This document shows, piece after piece, positions 31,887 to 42,742 of a stretch of DNA of 64,000 nt. The notes below the pieces were generated by a model, which was given only the letters and a program-made list of their open reading frames with translations, searched no databases and was not told the DNA's origin. Source of the stretch: Bacteroidales bacterium UBA6851. GTDB taxonomy: Bacteria; Bacteroidota; Bacteroidia; Bacteroidales; UBA932. The DNA lies in contig DKDJ01000002.1 of the NCBI GenBank assembly GCA_002451795.1, positions 16,768-80,767 of the forward strand, written 5' to 3'. Positions within the stretch are counted from its first letter, which is position 1. Every line of letters begins with the position of its first letter. A program made the translations under genes and the position numbers.

Positions 31887-34343
31887 ATGATGGAACGAAC
31901 AATTTGGAAAATTTTAACATTTATGTGCTTGTGCGTGGTGCTCTCAACCGCTTCGCCGGTAAGGGCCAGAGCTACCCAGCATTCCTCGAGCCGTACTATG
32001 GGAAAGTCGGTTCGGTCTGAATTGGCCGACTGGAAAGGAAAAGTTCTGGATGAGTCCGATAAAGCTATGCCGTATGTAAATATTGTGGTACTATCTATGC
32101 CTGATTCGCTGGTACTTGATGGTACTGTCACGGATGAGGATGGCGTGTTCTCGCTTCCATCGCATACGGATGAGGAGATTCTTATGGTGACCATGATAGG
32201 TTATGAGACGGAGTTTCTTCATGGTGCTGACGGTGCTGTGATTCATTTGCGCCCGGTGCCTGAGATGCTTGCGGAGGCTGGTGTCAAGGCTTTTATGCCC
32301 AAAACTAAGCTTACTGGGCAGGGAATGTCTACTTCTGTGAGGGGAACAGTACTTGAGAATATAGGAAGTGCCAAGGATGCGCTGAGCCGTGTGCCTGGTG
32401 TATATAAGGGACGTAACGGTCTGGAAGTTATCGGTAGGGGAAAGCCTGTCGTATATATTAATGGCAGACGCGTTCAAGATGAGTCTGAGCTTGAGCGTTT
32501 GAGGAGCAATGAAATTCAGAATGTGGAGGTGATTGAAAATCCTGGTGCTGGATATGACGCTTCGGTTAATTGTGTTATTCGAATCAAGACTTTTCGCCCA
32601 CAAGGAGAAGGACTTGGCTTCAACATGGGCCTTTCGGATGACCAGTCGCTTATCCGCAAGTCCTTTAATGATCCGTCAGGTTATGCCAACTTCAATTATC
32701 GCAAAGGTGGGCTTGATCTGTTTGCAGGAGCTAATGGGACGGTGTTTAATCATCTTCAGTCAAGTGTGATTACCGGGGAGATTACAAAAGGCAGCCCGAG
32801 GTATCAGGAAGGTCCATTTGAGGTGGTATCAGAATCGAGAAACTATACGCTGAATGCTGGCTTCAATTACATGATAGGCAGCAACCACTTCGTAGGTGCA
32901 AGGGTTGATTACACGCGGTCGCCGTTTCTGGACTATCATCAGCAGATGTATAGTGATGTCTTCCGCTCTGGCGAGCTTGTTGAGCAGGTTAAGTCTGTCT
33001 CGGAGAATTGGCTTGAGGATGGAAATATTCCTACCGTGCTCGCTGTCAATACTTATTATAATGGTACAGTAGGTAAACTCAATATAGATTTTAATGCTGA
33101 CTATTATGGTTCGGGGAACACTTTCTTTTCAAGGGTGGAGGAGACGAGCAGTATGACAGGAAATGCGGAAATAGAGTCCAAGAGTGAGTCTGAGAGCGAT
33201 ATGTATGCTGCAAAACTCGTTTTAGCGTATCCGATATGGCTCGGCCGCTTTCAAATAGGTACGGAGGATACATACGCACTTCGTGGCAGCGACTATTCGA
33301 TAACAGGAACATACGTGCCGTCATCTTCTTCGAGGGTGAAAGAGGAGAACTATGCTGCATTTGCGGACTATGCGTTCTATCATCCAGTGTTGGGGCAGGT
33401 TAGCGCAGGAGTGAGATATGAGTATGTGCGCTTCCGCTACCATAGCCTTACCTCGAATGAGGATGAGATTTCTCGAAAGTACAGTAATCTTTTCCCATCT
33501 GTAACCTTTGCAAGGGCGTTCGGACCAGTGCAGACACAATTAATATATAGTATTAAGACCTCCCGTCCTTCATTCTCCAACCTCTCCGATAATATGATGT
33601 ATCACAGCAAGTTTATTCTACAGAGCGGTAATGCTAAACTTCAGCCGCAGACGACCCAGCAGGTCAGTATGACGGCAAGGTGGAACTTCCTTACGGCCAG
33701 TGCCCAGTACTCCAGGACCGATGATGCCATAGTGTCATGGGGGAGAGTCTATTCCAATGATCAGATTACGGATGATGACGTGGTGGTGCATGTTCTTCCT
33801 GTGAATCTTGTCAATCCGTTCCGGGAACTCTCTTGCTACCTCAATGCGAGTCCTACAATTGGAATCTGGACTATGAACTATACTGTGGGAATTATGAAGC
33901 AGTGGCTTGATATTGACATGAGCAGGCAAGCCGGGTATGAAGAGGCCAAGGTCGTCTCGTTTAGCCGAAAGCCGATGTTTATCGCTCAAACCTTCAATAG
34001 TTTTAATTTCAAGAACGACTGGATGGTGGAACTTGGAATGGAGTATCATTCAAAGGGATTCTATCAGAATGTGTATCTTGCAAATACCGTATGTGATTTG
34101 TCTTGCTCTGTGCAGAAGGCTTTCCTTCGTGACAAATCGTTGGTGGTTCGTCTTTCTGCAAGCGATCTGCTTTGGAAACAGCGTTCCGATGTGCAATCAG
34201 ATTACGGCTTTGTCAATTTTATACAGACCAATGCATTCAATACCAAGAAGATCTCCTTGTCTGTGACGTACAGGTTTAACTCCGCTTCAAGTAAATACAA
34301 AGGAACTGGCGCCGGAAAAGATACGGCATCACGAATCAAATAG
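31887..34343 (+). CDS. TonB-dependent receptor-like outer-membrane beta-barrel protein
   Basis: Signal peptide, CarboxypepD_reg-like GKVLD..GTVTDEDGVF, plug (PGV..YINGR..EVIENPGAGYDA), GNAKLQP, C-terminal YRFN..KYKG. Confidence 0.85.
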   Translation: MMERTIWKILTFMCLCVVLSTASPVRARATQHSSSRTMGKSVRSELADWKGKVLDESDKAMPYVNIVVLSMPDSLVLDGTVTDEDGVFSLPSHTDEEILMVTMIGYETEFLHGADGAVIHLRPVPEMLAEAGVKAFMPKTKLTGQGMSTSVRGTVLENIGSAKDALSRVPGVYKGRNGLEVIGRGKPVVYINGRRVQDESELERLRSNEIQNVEVIENPGAGYDASVNCVIRIKTFRPQGEGLGFNMGLSDDQSLIRKSFNDPSGYANFNYRKGGLDLFAGANGTVFNHLQSSVITGEITKGSPRYQEGPFEVVSESRNYTLNAGFNYMIGSNHFVGARVDYTRSPFLDYHQQMYSDVFRSGELVEQVKSVSENWLEDGNIPTVLAVNTYYNGTVGKLNIDFNADYYGSGNTFFSRVEETSSMTGNAEIESKSESESDMYAAKLVLAYPIWLGRFQIGTEDTYALRGSDYSITGTYVPSSSSRVKEENYAAFADYAFYHPVLGQVSAGVRYEYVRFRYHSLTSNEDEISRKYSNLFPSVTFARAFGPVQTQLIYSIKTSRPSFSNLSDNMMYHSKFILQSGNAKLQPQTTQQVSMTARWNFLTASAQYSRTDDAIVSWGRVYSNDQITDDDVVVHVLPVNLVNPFRELSCYLNASPTIGIWTMNYTVGIMKQWLDIDMSRQAGYEEAKVVSFSRKPMFIAQTFNSFNFKNDWMVELGMEYHSKGFYQNVYLANTVCDLSCSVQKAFLRDKSLVVRLSASDLLWKQRSDVQSDYGFVNFIQTNAFNTKKISLSVTYRFNSASSKYKGTGAGKDTASRIK

Positions 34344-34365
34344 GGAGTTTATGTAAGTACTTGAG

Positions 34366-34420
34366 ATTCCGCAAGTCCTCGGCTTCTTATACAATGGGAA
34401 GCGGGAGGCTGCGGAATTTT
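34366..34420 (+). terminator. Long imperfect hairpin after the receptor gene (putative terminator or mRNA stabiliser)
   Basis: ATTCCGCA..CCTC..GCTTC / GAAGC..GAGG..TGCGGAAT followed by TTT. Confidence 0.5.
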
Positions 34421-34490
34421 CGTATGTTTTTTGTGCTGAATTCGTATATAATGCGTATGTTTGCCGCTCAATTTAGTTTTGTTTCTTTTT

Positions 34491-34859
34491 ATGCAAGGGG
34501 TTTGGACGGTTCTGCTGTTGGTGGTATCCAACATCTTTATGACTTTCGCATGGTATGGCCATTTGAAGCTACAAGAGATGAAGATCTCAGAGGGTTGGCC
34601 GCTTATTCTTGTTATCCTTTTCTCGTGGGGCGTGGCTTTTTTTGAGTACTGCGCACAGGTGCCAGCCAATAGAATAGGCTCCAATATCAACGGAGGGCCT
34701 TTTTCGCTTGTGCAACTGAAAGTTATTCAAGAGGTGGTGTCCTTGACAGTGTTTACTGTGATTATCAACTTGCTTTTCAAAGGACAAGGGCTGCAGTGGA
34801 ATCATATCGCTGCGTTCGTCTGCCTGGTTGCTGCTGTCTTTTTTGTCTTCGTGAAATAG
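34491..34859 (+). CDS. DMT superfamily small membrane protein (DMT_6-like)
   Basis: SNIFMTFAWYGHLK, SWGVAFFEY..QVPANRIG, QLKVIQE. Confidence 0.88.
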   Translation: MQGVWTVLLLVVSNIFMTFAWYGHLKLQEMKISEGWPLILVILFSWGVAFFEYCAQVPANRIGSNINGGPFSLVQLKVIQEVVSLTVFTVIINLLFKGQGLQWNHIAAFVCLVAAVFFVFVK

Positions 34860-34860
34860 A

Positions 34861-35580
34861 TCAACTTCTCTGCACGGAAGCGCTACAGAGGGTATGTTCT
34901 CCTGCCTTGGCGATGAATAGGTACTCATCGTTATGCTCTTGCTTTAGCCCGATGGAAAGGTTCTCACCGCGCCGTATCTCTTTCTTGAAGTTGAGGTCGA
35001 GCCTGAATCTTGTGGAACTGTCTACGACATTATCGGGAAGGAGATCGAAAATCATTTCTATATATCGGTTGTTGTTGAGGTGTCCGTTGAAGTCGCACTC
35101 GCTATAGCCTACCTTTCTGGAGTCTGTAGTGTCCGGGGCGAAATCTCTAATTCGCCGCGGCCCTTCGCAAGGGAGGGAGAATGACTTGCCGCATACGTCA
35201 AGTTCGTCTCCTGGATAGATGGGACGTCTTGATGTGATGTCGATCATGCACCATTCTGTGGTTCCTCTTCCGATTTCATGTCCTGATTCGTCCGAGATTC
35301 GTATGCACCTATAGAACGTGATGCCTCCTTTGGAGACTGGCCATACCGTGACATACAATGGGTCGTATAGACTGGGTCTGCGGTCAATTTCAAAGGCCGA
35401 ACGGATAAGAATCCAACTCCGGTTCTCTCTTGCCATCACGTCTATCCCGAATCCTTCCGTCCGGATGTTCTGGCCTATGGCGTTGATGATGTGCCCACAA
35501 AGTGAAGGTACTGTAATCTGTCCCTTGAAGTCTATTTCTTCTGGAACTACTGAGTATGCGTATGTGTTCATATATGTCAT
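34861..35580 (-). CDS. Acyl-ACP thioesterase (second paralog)
   Basis: WILIR, ECDFNGHLNNNRY; promoter TAACTTTG at 35599-35606 implies a start at 35580 or 35571. Confidence 0.85.
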   Translation of the reverse strand: MTYMNTYAYSVVPEEIDFKGQITVPSLCGHIINAIGQNIRTEGFGIDVMARENRSWILIRSAFEIDRRPSLYDPLYVTVWPVSKGGITFYRCIRISDESGHEIGRGTTEWCMIDITSRRPIYPGDELDVCGKSFSLPCEGPRRIRDFAPDTTDSRKVGYSECDFNGHLNNNRYIEMIFDLLPDNVVDSSTRFRLDLNFKKEIRRGENLSIGLKQEHNDEYLFIAKAGEHTLCSASVQRS

Positions 35581-35758
35581 GTTTGATTTTTGTACATGCA
35601 AAGTTATCTATGGTTCTGCATGGGATGAAGCTAATGGCATTAAATTGATTATTTGGTGACTAAAATGCTTGTTTTACGGGAATAATTGCCTATTTTTGGG
35701 ATGAATTACTGGATGTTTGTTGTTTATCCCAGTGTGGTCTGGGCTAAAATTTAGGTAT

Positions 35759-36571
35759 ATGAACTCTATTTTCCGATTTCCGAAGAGCTATGCGGCGCAT
35801 CTTATCTATATACTTTTACTGCCACTGTTCTTTATTTCGTTCTGCTTCCTGTATAACCCATTCGGGATACAGGAGTTTTATCTTGTGGGCGGGAAATCCT
35901 TCGCGTTCCACATAGTGATGTTGTCTTGTATACAGATCGGCGTGCTTGCCCTTTCGAGGCTTGCTCTTTTCCTGATTCTCCGTAAGAGGACGTTCCTGTG
36001 GTGGCATTATGCGCTATGGTGTCTCTCTGAAGTGCTGTTTTGTGCCTGTTTTATGGCCCTGTACACGACGCTGTTTTTCGGGTCAGACCTTCCTTTCTTC
36101 CCTGCGCTCTCGCGCTGCCTTGAATTTGCATATCTCGTACTGGTTTACCCATATCTGTTTCTTGTACTGATAAGGATTGCTATTAATCTGTCTTCGGAAC
36201 TGGATTCCCGTGGAGCCGTCAAGGAGGATGAACTCATGAAGTTCTACGATGAGCATAAAAAACTTCGCATGACCATTGATCCGGAGGCTGTGCTTTATAT
36301 TAGTGCAGAAGCTAATTATCTAAAAATTCATTACTTCGACGGTGACGTGGTAAAAGAGTTCCTGCTCCGCAATTCTATGAAAAGCATCGAGTCCAACAAT
36401 TCCGCTCGCTCTCTCGTTCGCTGCCATCGTTCGTACTTCATCAATCCTCATCATGTAAGTGTACTTAGTCGCGGAAAGGATGGACTTATCTTCGCGGAAC
36501 TCAAGAACTCCTCGCTTGGCCATATTCCTGTGAGCAAGCAATATTATGACAGATTGTCAGATATGCTATAA
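35759..36571 (+). CDS. Membrane-anchored LytTR-family transcriptional regulator
   Basis: Four N-terminal TM segments; LYISAEANY, RCHRSYFIN, IPVSKQY LytTR motifs. Confidence 0.9.
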   Translation: MNSIFRFPKSYAAHLIYILLLPLFFISFCFLYNPFGIQEFYLVGGKSFAFHIVMLSCIQIGVLALSRLALFLILRKRTFLWWHYALWCLSEVLFCACFMALYTTLFFGSDLPFFPALSRCLEFAYLVLVYPYLFLVLIRIAINLSSELDSRGAVKEDELMKFYDEHKKLRMTIDPEAVLYISAEANYLKIHYFDGDVVKEFLLRNSMKSIESNNSARSLVRCHRSYFINPHHVSVLSRGKDGLIFAELKNSSLGHIPVSKQYYDRLSDML

Positions 36572-36656
36572 TTCAAGCCTATAGTTCAAGCCGGGCTTGA
36601 ATTTTGATAGTACGACAATAATAATTATATTTGCGAGATTGTTAAAATTCGATTAA

Positions 36657-39600
36657 ATGTCATTGACTTCAATAATTGGAAAGTTGTTCGGGTCCAAGGC
36701 TGACCGCGATTATAAGGCAGTGAAGCCTATTTTGGACAAAGTACTTGCCGTGTATCCTGAGATAGATAAGCTCAGTGATGATGAACTTCGTGCACACTCT
36801 GCTGCTTTGAGACAGAAAGTGGCAGATGTAGAAGCTCCTTTTGAGAAGAGAATTGCCGAAATAAAGGATGAACTCAACAAGGATATTCCTGTGGAGCAGA
36901 AAGAAGCACTTGCCGGTGAGTCTGATAAACTTGTTAAGGATGAGGATGAGGCTATTGAAAAATGTCTTGACGAGATTCTGCCCGAGGCGTTTGCGATAGT
37001 AAAATCCACGGCCAGAAGATTCAAGGAGAACAAAGAGATAGTGGTCAATGCCACGGATTTTGATCGTGATCTTTCTGTGTCCCATGATTTCGTGAAGATA
37101 GATGGGGATAAGGCAGTGTATTCCAACCATTGGGTTGCCGGTGGCAACGAGATTACCTGGGATATGGTGCACTATGACGTGCAGATTATCGGCGGTATCG
37201 CTCTGCATCAGGGAAAGATTGCAGAGATGGCGACCGGTGAGGGTAAGACCCTTGTGGCTACGCTTCCTGTGTTCTTGAATGCACTTGCCGGGAAAGGAGT
37301 CCACGTGGTTACGGTCAATGATTATCTGTCCAAGCGTGACTCAGAGTGGATGGGGCCTCTCTACATGTTCCATGGGCTATCGGTGGACTGTATTGATAAG
37401 CACGAGCCGAACTCCAAGGCGAGAAGAAATGCTTATGCTTGTGACATTACATTCGGTACCAATAACGAATTTGGATTTGACTACCTCAGGGACAATATGG
37501 TCACAAGTGAGGATGATCTTGTACAGCGCAAGCATCATTACGCAATCGTCGATGAGGTGGACTCCGTGCTCATAGACGATGCCCGTACTCCTTTGATTAT
37601 ATCCGGCCCTGTCGCAAGGAATAAGACGGATGAGGCTCAGTTCCTTGAGTTTAAGCCTTATGTGGAGAAACTTTATCAGGCGCAGAGGGCATTCGTGAAC
37701 CAGACGCTCAATGATGCCAAGAAGGCTATTTCTGCCGGGGATGAGGCTGAAGGCGGAAAACTCCTCCTTCGTGCCCACAAGGGTCTGCCAAAGTATTCAC
37801 CACTTATCAAGTATCTTTCAGAGCCTGGTATCAAGACTCTGATGCAGAAGGCGGAGAATTATTATATGCAGGACAACGAAAAAGAGATGCCAGTGGTGAC
37901 TGATCCTCTCTATTTCGTTATCAATGAGCAGCTTAACACTGTGGATATGACCGATAAAGGTCATGATGTGCTTGCGCAGGCAGTGGGGAATGATGATTTC
38001 TTCGTGCTCCCTGACGTGGGAAGTCAGACGGCTGAGATCGAGCACTCTGACTTGTCTCCGGAAGAGAAGCAGCAGAAGAAGGACGAATTGAGAATGGCGT
38101 TCTCTACCAAGAGCGAGAGAGTTCACACTGTCATCCAGCTTCTCAAGGCATATACGATGTTTGAGAAAGATGTCGACTACGTGATTATGGACGGTAAGGT
38201 GAAGATTGTGGATGAGTCTACCGGTCGTATCATGGAAGGACGGCGCTGGAGTGATGGCCTCCATCAGGCTGTTGAAGCTAAGGAAAATGTCAAGGTAGAG
38301 GGCATCACGCAGACATTCGCCACTATTACACTTCAGAATTATTTCCGAATGTATCACAAACTTGCCGGTATGACTGGTACAGCTGAGACCGAGGCCGGTG
38401 AATTTTGGAGCATTTACAAACTTGATGTGATGGTGATCCCGACGAATCGTCCTGTCATAAGGGATGATCAGCCGGATCGTATATACAAGACCAAGAAAGC
38501 CAAGTTCGCTGCTGTGATTGATAGGATAGTGGAACTCACAGCTGCCGGAAGGCCTGTGCTTGTGGGTACATCCGATGTGGAGACGTCAGAACTTCTCAGC
38601 CGAATGCTCCGTATGCGTGGTATCAAGCACAATGTGCTCAATGCTAAGGAGCATGCGAGGGAAGCCGATATCGTGGCGCAGGCCGGACAGTCCTCTACTG
38701 TGACCATCGCTACGAACATGGCTGGTCGAGGTACGGATATCAAACTTTCCAAAGAGGTTAAGGATGCCGGCGGGCTTGCTATCCTCGGTACGGAGCGTCA
38801 TGATTCCCGCCGTGTAGACCGTCAGCTCCGTGGACGTGCCGGACGTCAGGGCGACCCGGGTTCGTCTACTTTCTATCTCTCGCTTGAGGATGACCTCATG
38901 CGTATGTTTGGTGCTGACAACATCGCCAAGATGGTAGACCGTCTCGGAATGGAGGAAAATGATGTCCTCGAGGCTAATATGCTTACAAAGGCAGTTGAGA
39001 ATGCCCAGAAGAAGAAGGAGGAGATAAACTTCGGCTCTCGTAAGCACCTTCTTGAGTATGACGATGTCATGAACTATCAGCGTGAAGCTATATACTCGCG
39101 TAGAAGGAATGCTATCAGCGGAGACAAGATAGAGATTGATCTCCGTAATATGATGATAGACAGCGCCGCCATTTTCGTGGATTCGCACAAGTCATTGAGT
39201 TATGAGGACTTCAATACAGAGCTTATCGCAGAATTCTCTATAGATTGCGGCTTTGATGAGGACTTCTACAGCAAGGCTAAGCCTGAGGCTATTCAGGCCA
39301 AGCTCTGCGAACAAATGGAAGCTGAGTATCATAGAAGGATGGAGACTCTGGTTTCCAAACTCAATCCTATCATCAAGGAAGTTTATGAGAAGCAGGGAAA
39401 GATGTACCAGAACATTGCCATCCCTGTTTCCGATGGTATCAAGCAGATGACTCTCGCCGTCAATCTTGAGAAAGCGTACAACTCTGATGGAAAGGAAATT
39501 GCCAAGACTCTTACCAAGAATATTATTCTTTTCCAGATAGATGAGCACTGGAAATCGCACCTTCGCGACATGGATGATCTTAAGCAGAGTGTGCAGACGG

Positions 39601-39926
39601 CTTCTTATGAGCAGAAAGATCCTGTGGTCGTCTACAAACTTGAGGGCTACAATCTTTTCGCTTCCATGCTTGAGGATTTGAATAGGGACGTGCTTTCATT
39701 CCTTCTTAAGGTCTTCGTTCCTCTTTCGGAACGTCCACAGCAGCCTCAGCGCCCGCAGCAGCCCGATATGAGCCAGATGCGTGCTAGTCGCAATGACTTG
39801 AGCACTAATGCTGCCCAGAATGCACGTACTCCTATCAAGGTAGACAGGCAGGTTGGTAGAAATGATCCGTGTCCTTGCGGAAGCGGCAAGAAATACAAGA
39901 ATTGTCACGGAAAAGGACTTGTATAA
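36657..39926 (+). CDS. secA: Preprotein translocase ATPase SecA
   Basis: MATGEGKT, DEVDS, TNMAGRGTDI, SEC-C motif GRNDPCPCGSGKKYKNCH; promoter at 36626-36633. Confidence 0.98.
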   Translation: MSLTSIIGKLFGSKADRDYKAVKPILDKVLAVYPEIDKLSDDELRAHSAALRQKVADVEAPFEKRIAEIKDELNKDIPVEQKEALAGESDKLVKDEDEAIEKCLDEILPEAFAIVKSTARRFKENKEIVVNATDFDRDLSVSHDFVKIDGDKAVYSNHWVAGGNEITWDMVHYDVQIIGGIALHQGKIAEMATGEGKTLVATLPVFLNALAGKGVHVVTVNDYLSKRDSEWMGPLYMFHGLSVDCIDKHEPNSKARRNAYACDITFGTNNEFGFDYLRDNMVTSEDDLVQRKHHYAIVDEVDSVLIDDARTPLIISGPVARNKTDEAQFLEFKPYVEKLYQAQRAFVNQTLNDAKKAISAGDEAEGGKLLLRAHKGLPKYSPLIKYLSEPGIKTLMQKAENYYMQDNEKEMPVVTDPLYFVINEQLNTVDMTDKGHDVLAQAVGNDDFFVLPDVGSQTAEIEHSDLSPEEKQQKKDELRMAFSTKSERVHTVIQLLKAYTMFEKDVDYVIMDGKVKIVDESTGRIMEGRRWSDGLHQAVEAKENVKVEGITQTFATITLQNYFRMYHKLAGMTGTAETEAGEFWSIYKLDVMVIPTNRPVIRDDQPDRIYKTKKAKFAAVIDRIVELTAAGRPVLVGTSDVETSELLSRMLRMRGIKHNVLNAKEHAREADIVAQAGQSSTVTIATNMAGRGTDIKLSKEVKDAGGLAILGTERHDSRRVDRQLRGRAGRQGDPGSSTFYLSLEDDLMRMFGADNIAKMVDRLGMEENDVLEANMLTKAVENAQKKKEEINFGSRKHLLEYDDVMNYQREAIYSRRRNAISGDKIEIDLRNMMIDSAAIFVDSHKSLSYEDFNTELIAEFSIDCGFDEDFYSKAKPEAIQAKLCEQMEAEYHRRMETLVSKLNPIIKEVYEKQGKMYQNIAIPVSDGIKQMTLAVNLEKAYNSDGKEIAKTLTKNIILFQIDEHWKSHLRDMDDLKQSVQTASYEQKDPVVVYKLEGYNLFASMLEDLNRDVLSFLLKVFVPLSERPQQPQRPQQPDMSQMRASRNDLSTNAAQNARTPIKVDRQVGRNDPCPCGSGKKYKNCHGKGLV

Positions 39927-40372
39927 TGTTATTGAACCACAAGAATATGCAGAAGACAACAGAAACTGGTGCAGGAATCAATGATGTGACCCGCATCTCC
40001 AAAGGCGCTACCATTAAGGGGGATCTCGTTTCCTCCTCAGATATTAGAGTTGACGGTACTATTGACGGTAAGGTTCTTTCATCTGGCAAGATTGTCGTAG
40101 GAGAGCAGGCTGAATTGTCTGGCAGTCTCTATTGTTCCAACCTTGATTTGTGGGGAAAGATGGACGGTGACATTTATGTTAAAGATACGCTGTGCATCAA
40201 GAGCACGGCGGTTGTTAACGGGAATATTCACGTCAATAAGCTTCAGGTGGAAATGGGCGCTCAGATCAATGGTACCTGCAAGATGATGACTGAGCAGGAG
40301 TATGAAGACCTTGTATCCAAGGTCAGTATGAAGAAGACTCCGGTGAAATCTGACAAGCCCAAAGAAGCTTGA
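39926..40372 (+). CDS. Bactofilin (polymer-forming cytoskeletal protein)
   Basis: ISKGATIKGDL..IRVDGTIDG beta-helix repeats; ATG overlaps the secA stop (alternative start 39947). Confidence 0.88.
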   Translation: MLLNHKNMQKTTETGAGINDVTRISKGATIKGDLVSSSDIRVDGTIDGKVLSSGKIVVGEQAELSGSLYCSNLDLWGKMDGDIYVKDTLCIKSTAVVNGNIHVNKLQVEMGAQINGTCKMMTEQEYEDLVSKVSMKKTPVKSDKPKEA

Positions 40373-40377
40373 ATAAT

Positions 40378-41466
40378 ATGTTGAGCCCTAATGTGAATCT
40401 ATCCGGTAAGACGGTCCTTGTGACTGGTGCTGCCGGATTTATTGGAAGTAATCTTGTGAAAAGGTTGCTTTCACACGTGAGTGACATTACTGTAATCGGG
40501 ATTGATTCCATTACCGATTATTATGATGTGAATATAAAGCATGGCCGACTTGCTGAGATAGAGGAATGTGCGCGTAAATCTGGTTCCAAGTGGTCTTTTA
40601 TACGAGCATCCATTGCCGATAAGAGTGTCCTCGATGCAATTTTCGAAAGCCATGAGATAAGCGTGGTGGTAAACCTTGCTGCACAGGCTGGGGTGCGTTA
40701 TAGTATTACCAACCCTGATGCTTATGTTGAGAGTAACCTTATAGGGTTCTACAATATTCTTGAGGCGTGCCGGCATCATGAGGTGGAGCACCTTGTCTAT
40801 GCGTCTTCTTCTTCTGTGTATGGCAGCAATAAGAAAGTCCCTTATAGCACAGATGACAAGGTGGATAACCCTGTCAGCCTATATGCCGCTACCAAAAAGA
40901 GCAATGAGCTTATGGCCCATGCCTATAGCAAACTTTACAATATACCTTCCACTGGGCTGAGGTTTTTTACCGTGTATGGTCCAGCTGGTCGTCCTGATAT
41001 GGCTTACTTCGGGTTCACTGACAAGCTTCGGGCGGGACAGACCATAAAGATATTCAATTACGGGCACTGTATGCGTGACTTTACCTATATTGATGATATC
41101 GTGGAGGGGGTAGTGAGAGTTATGGGGCATGCTCCAGAGAAACGTACAGGAGAAGATGGGCTTCCGATTCCGCCATATATGGTGTATAATATCGGAAACA
41201 GCTCCCCGGAGAACCTTCTGGACTTCGTGACGATACTTCAAGAAGAGTTGATTTCTGCGGGTGTCCTTCCGCCAGAGTACGATTTCGAGTCACACAAGGA
41301 GCTTGTTCCTATGCAGCCAGGAGACGTCCCTGTGACGTATGCTGATACGACTCCTCTTGAGAGGGATTTCGGATTCAGACCGTCCACGCCTCTTCGCGAT
41401 GGGCTTAGGGCTTTTGTCCGGTGGTACGCTTCGTATTACGGAACATATTCGCAGGAAAACAATTAA
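40378..41466 (+). CDS. NAD-dependent nucleotide-sugar epimerase (UDP-glucuronate 4-epimerase-like)
   Basis: [37 protein letters not shown]. Confidence 0.9.
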   Translation: MLSPNVNLSGKTVLVTGAAGFIGSNLVKRLLSHVSDITVIGIDSITDYYDVNIKHGRLAEIEECARKSGSKWSFIRASIADKSVLDAIFESHEISVVVNLAAQAGVRYSITNPDAYVESNLIGFYNILEACRHHEVEHLVYASSSSVYGSNKKVPYSTDDKVDNPVSLYAATKKSNELMAHAYSKLYNIPSTGLRFFTVYGPAGRPDMAYFGFTDKLRAGQTIKIFNYGHCMRDFTYIDDIVEGVVRVMGHAPEKRTGEDGLPIPPYMVYNIGNSSPENLLDFVTILQEELISAGVLPPEYDFESHKELVPMQPGDVPVTYADTTPLERDFGFRPSTPLRDGLRAFVRWYASYYGTYSQENN

Positions 41467-41473
41467 TGATAAG

Positions 41474-42628
41474 ATGAAGAAGATAATGTTGCTCGGCTCC
41501 GGAGAACTTGGGAAGGAGTTTGTCATTGCTGCCAAAAGAGCAGGACAATGGGTGATTGCGTGTGACCGTTACGACAATGCTCCGGCTATGCAGGTTGCTG
41601 ACGAGAGGGAAGTGTTCAATATGCTGGACGGAGAGGCTCTCGCTGCAGCGGTTGAGAGGCATCATCCTGATATTATTGTTCCTGAAATAGAGGCAATCCG
41701 TACGGAGCGCCTTTTCGATTTCGAAAAATCCGGCATTCAGGTAGTGCCGTCAGCAAGGGCGGTAAACTACACCATGAATCGCAAGGCTATCAGAGATTTA
41801 GCTGCCAAAGAACTCGGACTTCGGACCGCCAGGTACTTTTATGCCAAGACATACGATGAACTTGTGGATGCGGCTGAGAAAATAGGCTTCCCGTGTGTGA
41901 TAAAGCCGTTGATGTCATCTTCGGGACATGGACAGAGTATGGTAAAGTCGAAAGATGATCTTCGTCGGGCATTCGATGATGCCATGGCAGGAAGCAGAGG
42001 CGATGTCAAGGAGGTGATTGTGGAGGAGTTTATTCACTTCCGCTCCGAGTTTACGCTGCTTACAGTGACACAGAAATGTGGTCCTACCTTGTTTTGTCCG
42101 CCAATAGGACATGTCCAGAAAGGTGGAGACTATCGTGAATCGTGGCAGCCTTATGATATCCCGCAAAAGTTCCTTGAGGCTGCGCAGGACATGGCTGCAA
42201 AGATAACTGCCGCACTTACTGGGGCCGGCATTTGGGGGGTGGAGTTTTTCCTTGCCGATGACGGTGTGATTTTCTCGGAGTTGAGCCCGCGTCCTCACGA
42301 TACAGGCATGGTGACACTTGCACATTCCACTGCTTTGTCTGAGTTTGAACTGCATTTTCGTGCGCTTATGGGGCTTCCGATTCCTGAAATCAAACTTGAG
42401 AAGCCGGCGGCAAGTGCTGTAGTTCTTTCCCCTGTGGAGTCCGATAGGCCGCTTGATTATCATCTTGATGAGGCTTTTTCTCAGGAAAATACCATAGTGC
42501 GAGTGTTTGGTAAGCCAGATGCTCATGTGGGAAGACGAATGGCGGTGGTATTGTGCTATGGCGATAAAGGAACATCTGTTGATGAACTCCGCAGCAAGGC
42601 CAAACGACTTGCATCTACGATACTTTAG
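41474..42628 (+). CDS. purT: Formate-dependent phosphoribosylglycinamide formyltransferase
   Basis: [36 protein letters not shown]. Confidence 0.95.
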   Translation: MKKIMLLGSGELGKEFVIAAKRAGQWVIACDRYDNAPAMQVADEREVFNMLDGEALAAAVERHHPDIIVPEIEAIRTERLFDFEKSGIQVVPSARAVNYTMNRKAIRDLAAKELGLRTARYFYAKTYDELVDAAEKIGFPCVIKPLMSSSGHGQSMVKSKDDLRRAFDDAMAGSRGDVKEVIVEEFIHFRSEFTLLTVTQKCGPTLFCPPIGHVQKGGDYRESWQPYDIPQKFLEAAQDMAAKITAALTGAGIWGVEFFLADDGVIFSELSPRPHDTGMVTLAHSTALSEFELHFRALMGLPIPEIKLEKPAASAVVLSPVESDRPLDYHLDEAFSQENTIVRVFGKPDAHVGRRMAVVLCYGDKGTSVDELRSKAKRLASTIL

Positions 42629-42742
42629 GAAGAGTGTTACATTATCAGATAACATTGTAACGTTGGCTACTTCTTTAGTCAACGTTTTTTAATATATTTG
42701 CTTCCGTTACCATTTATTATTGACACCAAAACAATTGTCTAA

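Noticed and set aside
41339..41473. Track start for purT
   Set aside because: Overlaps the epimerase gene; PurT homology begins at [13 protein letters not shown] (41474)
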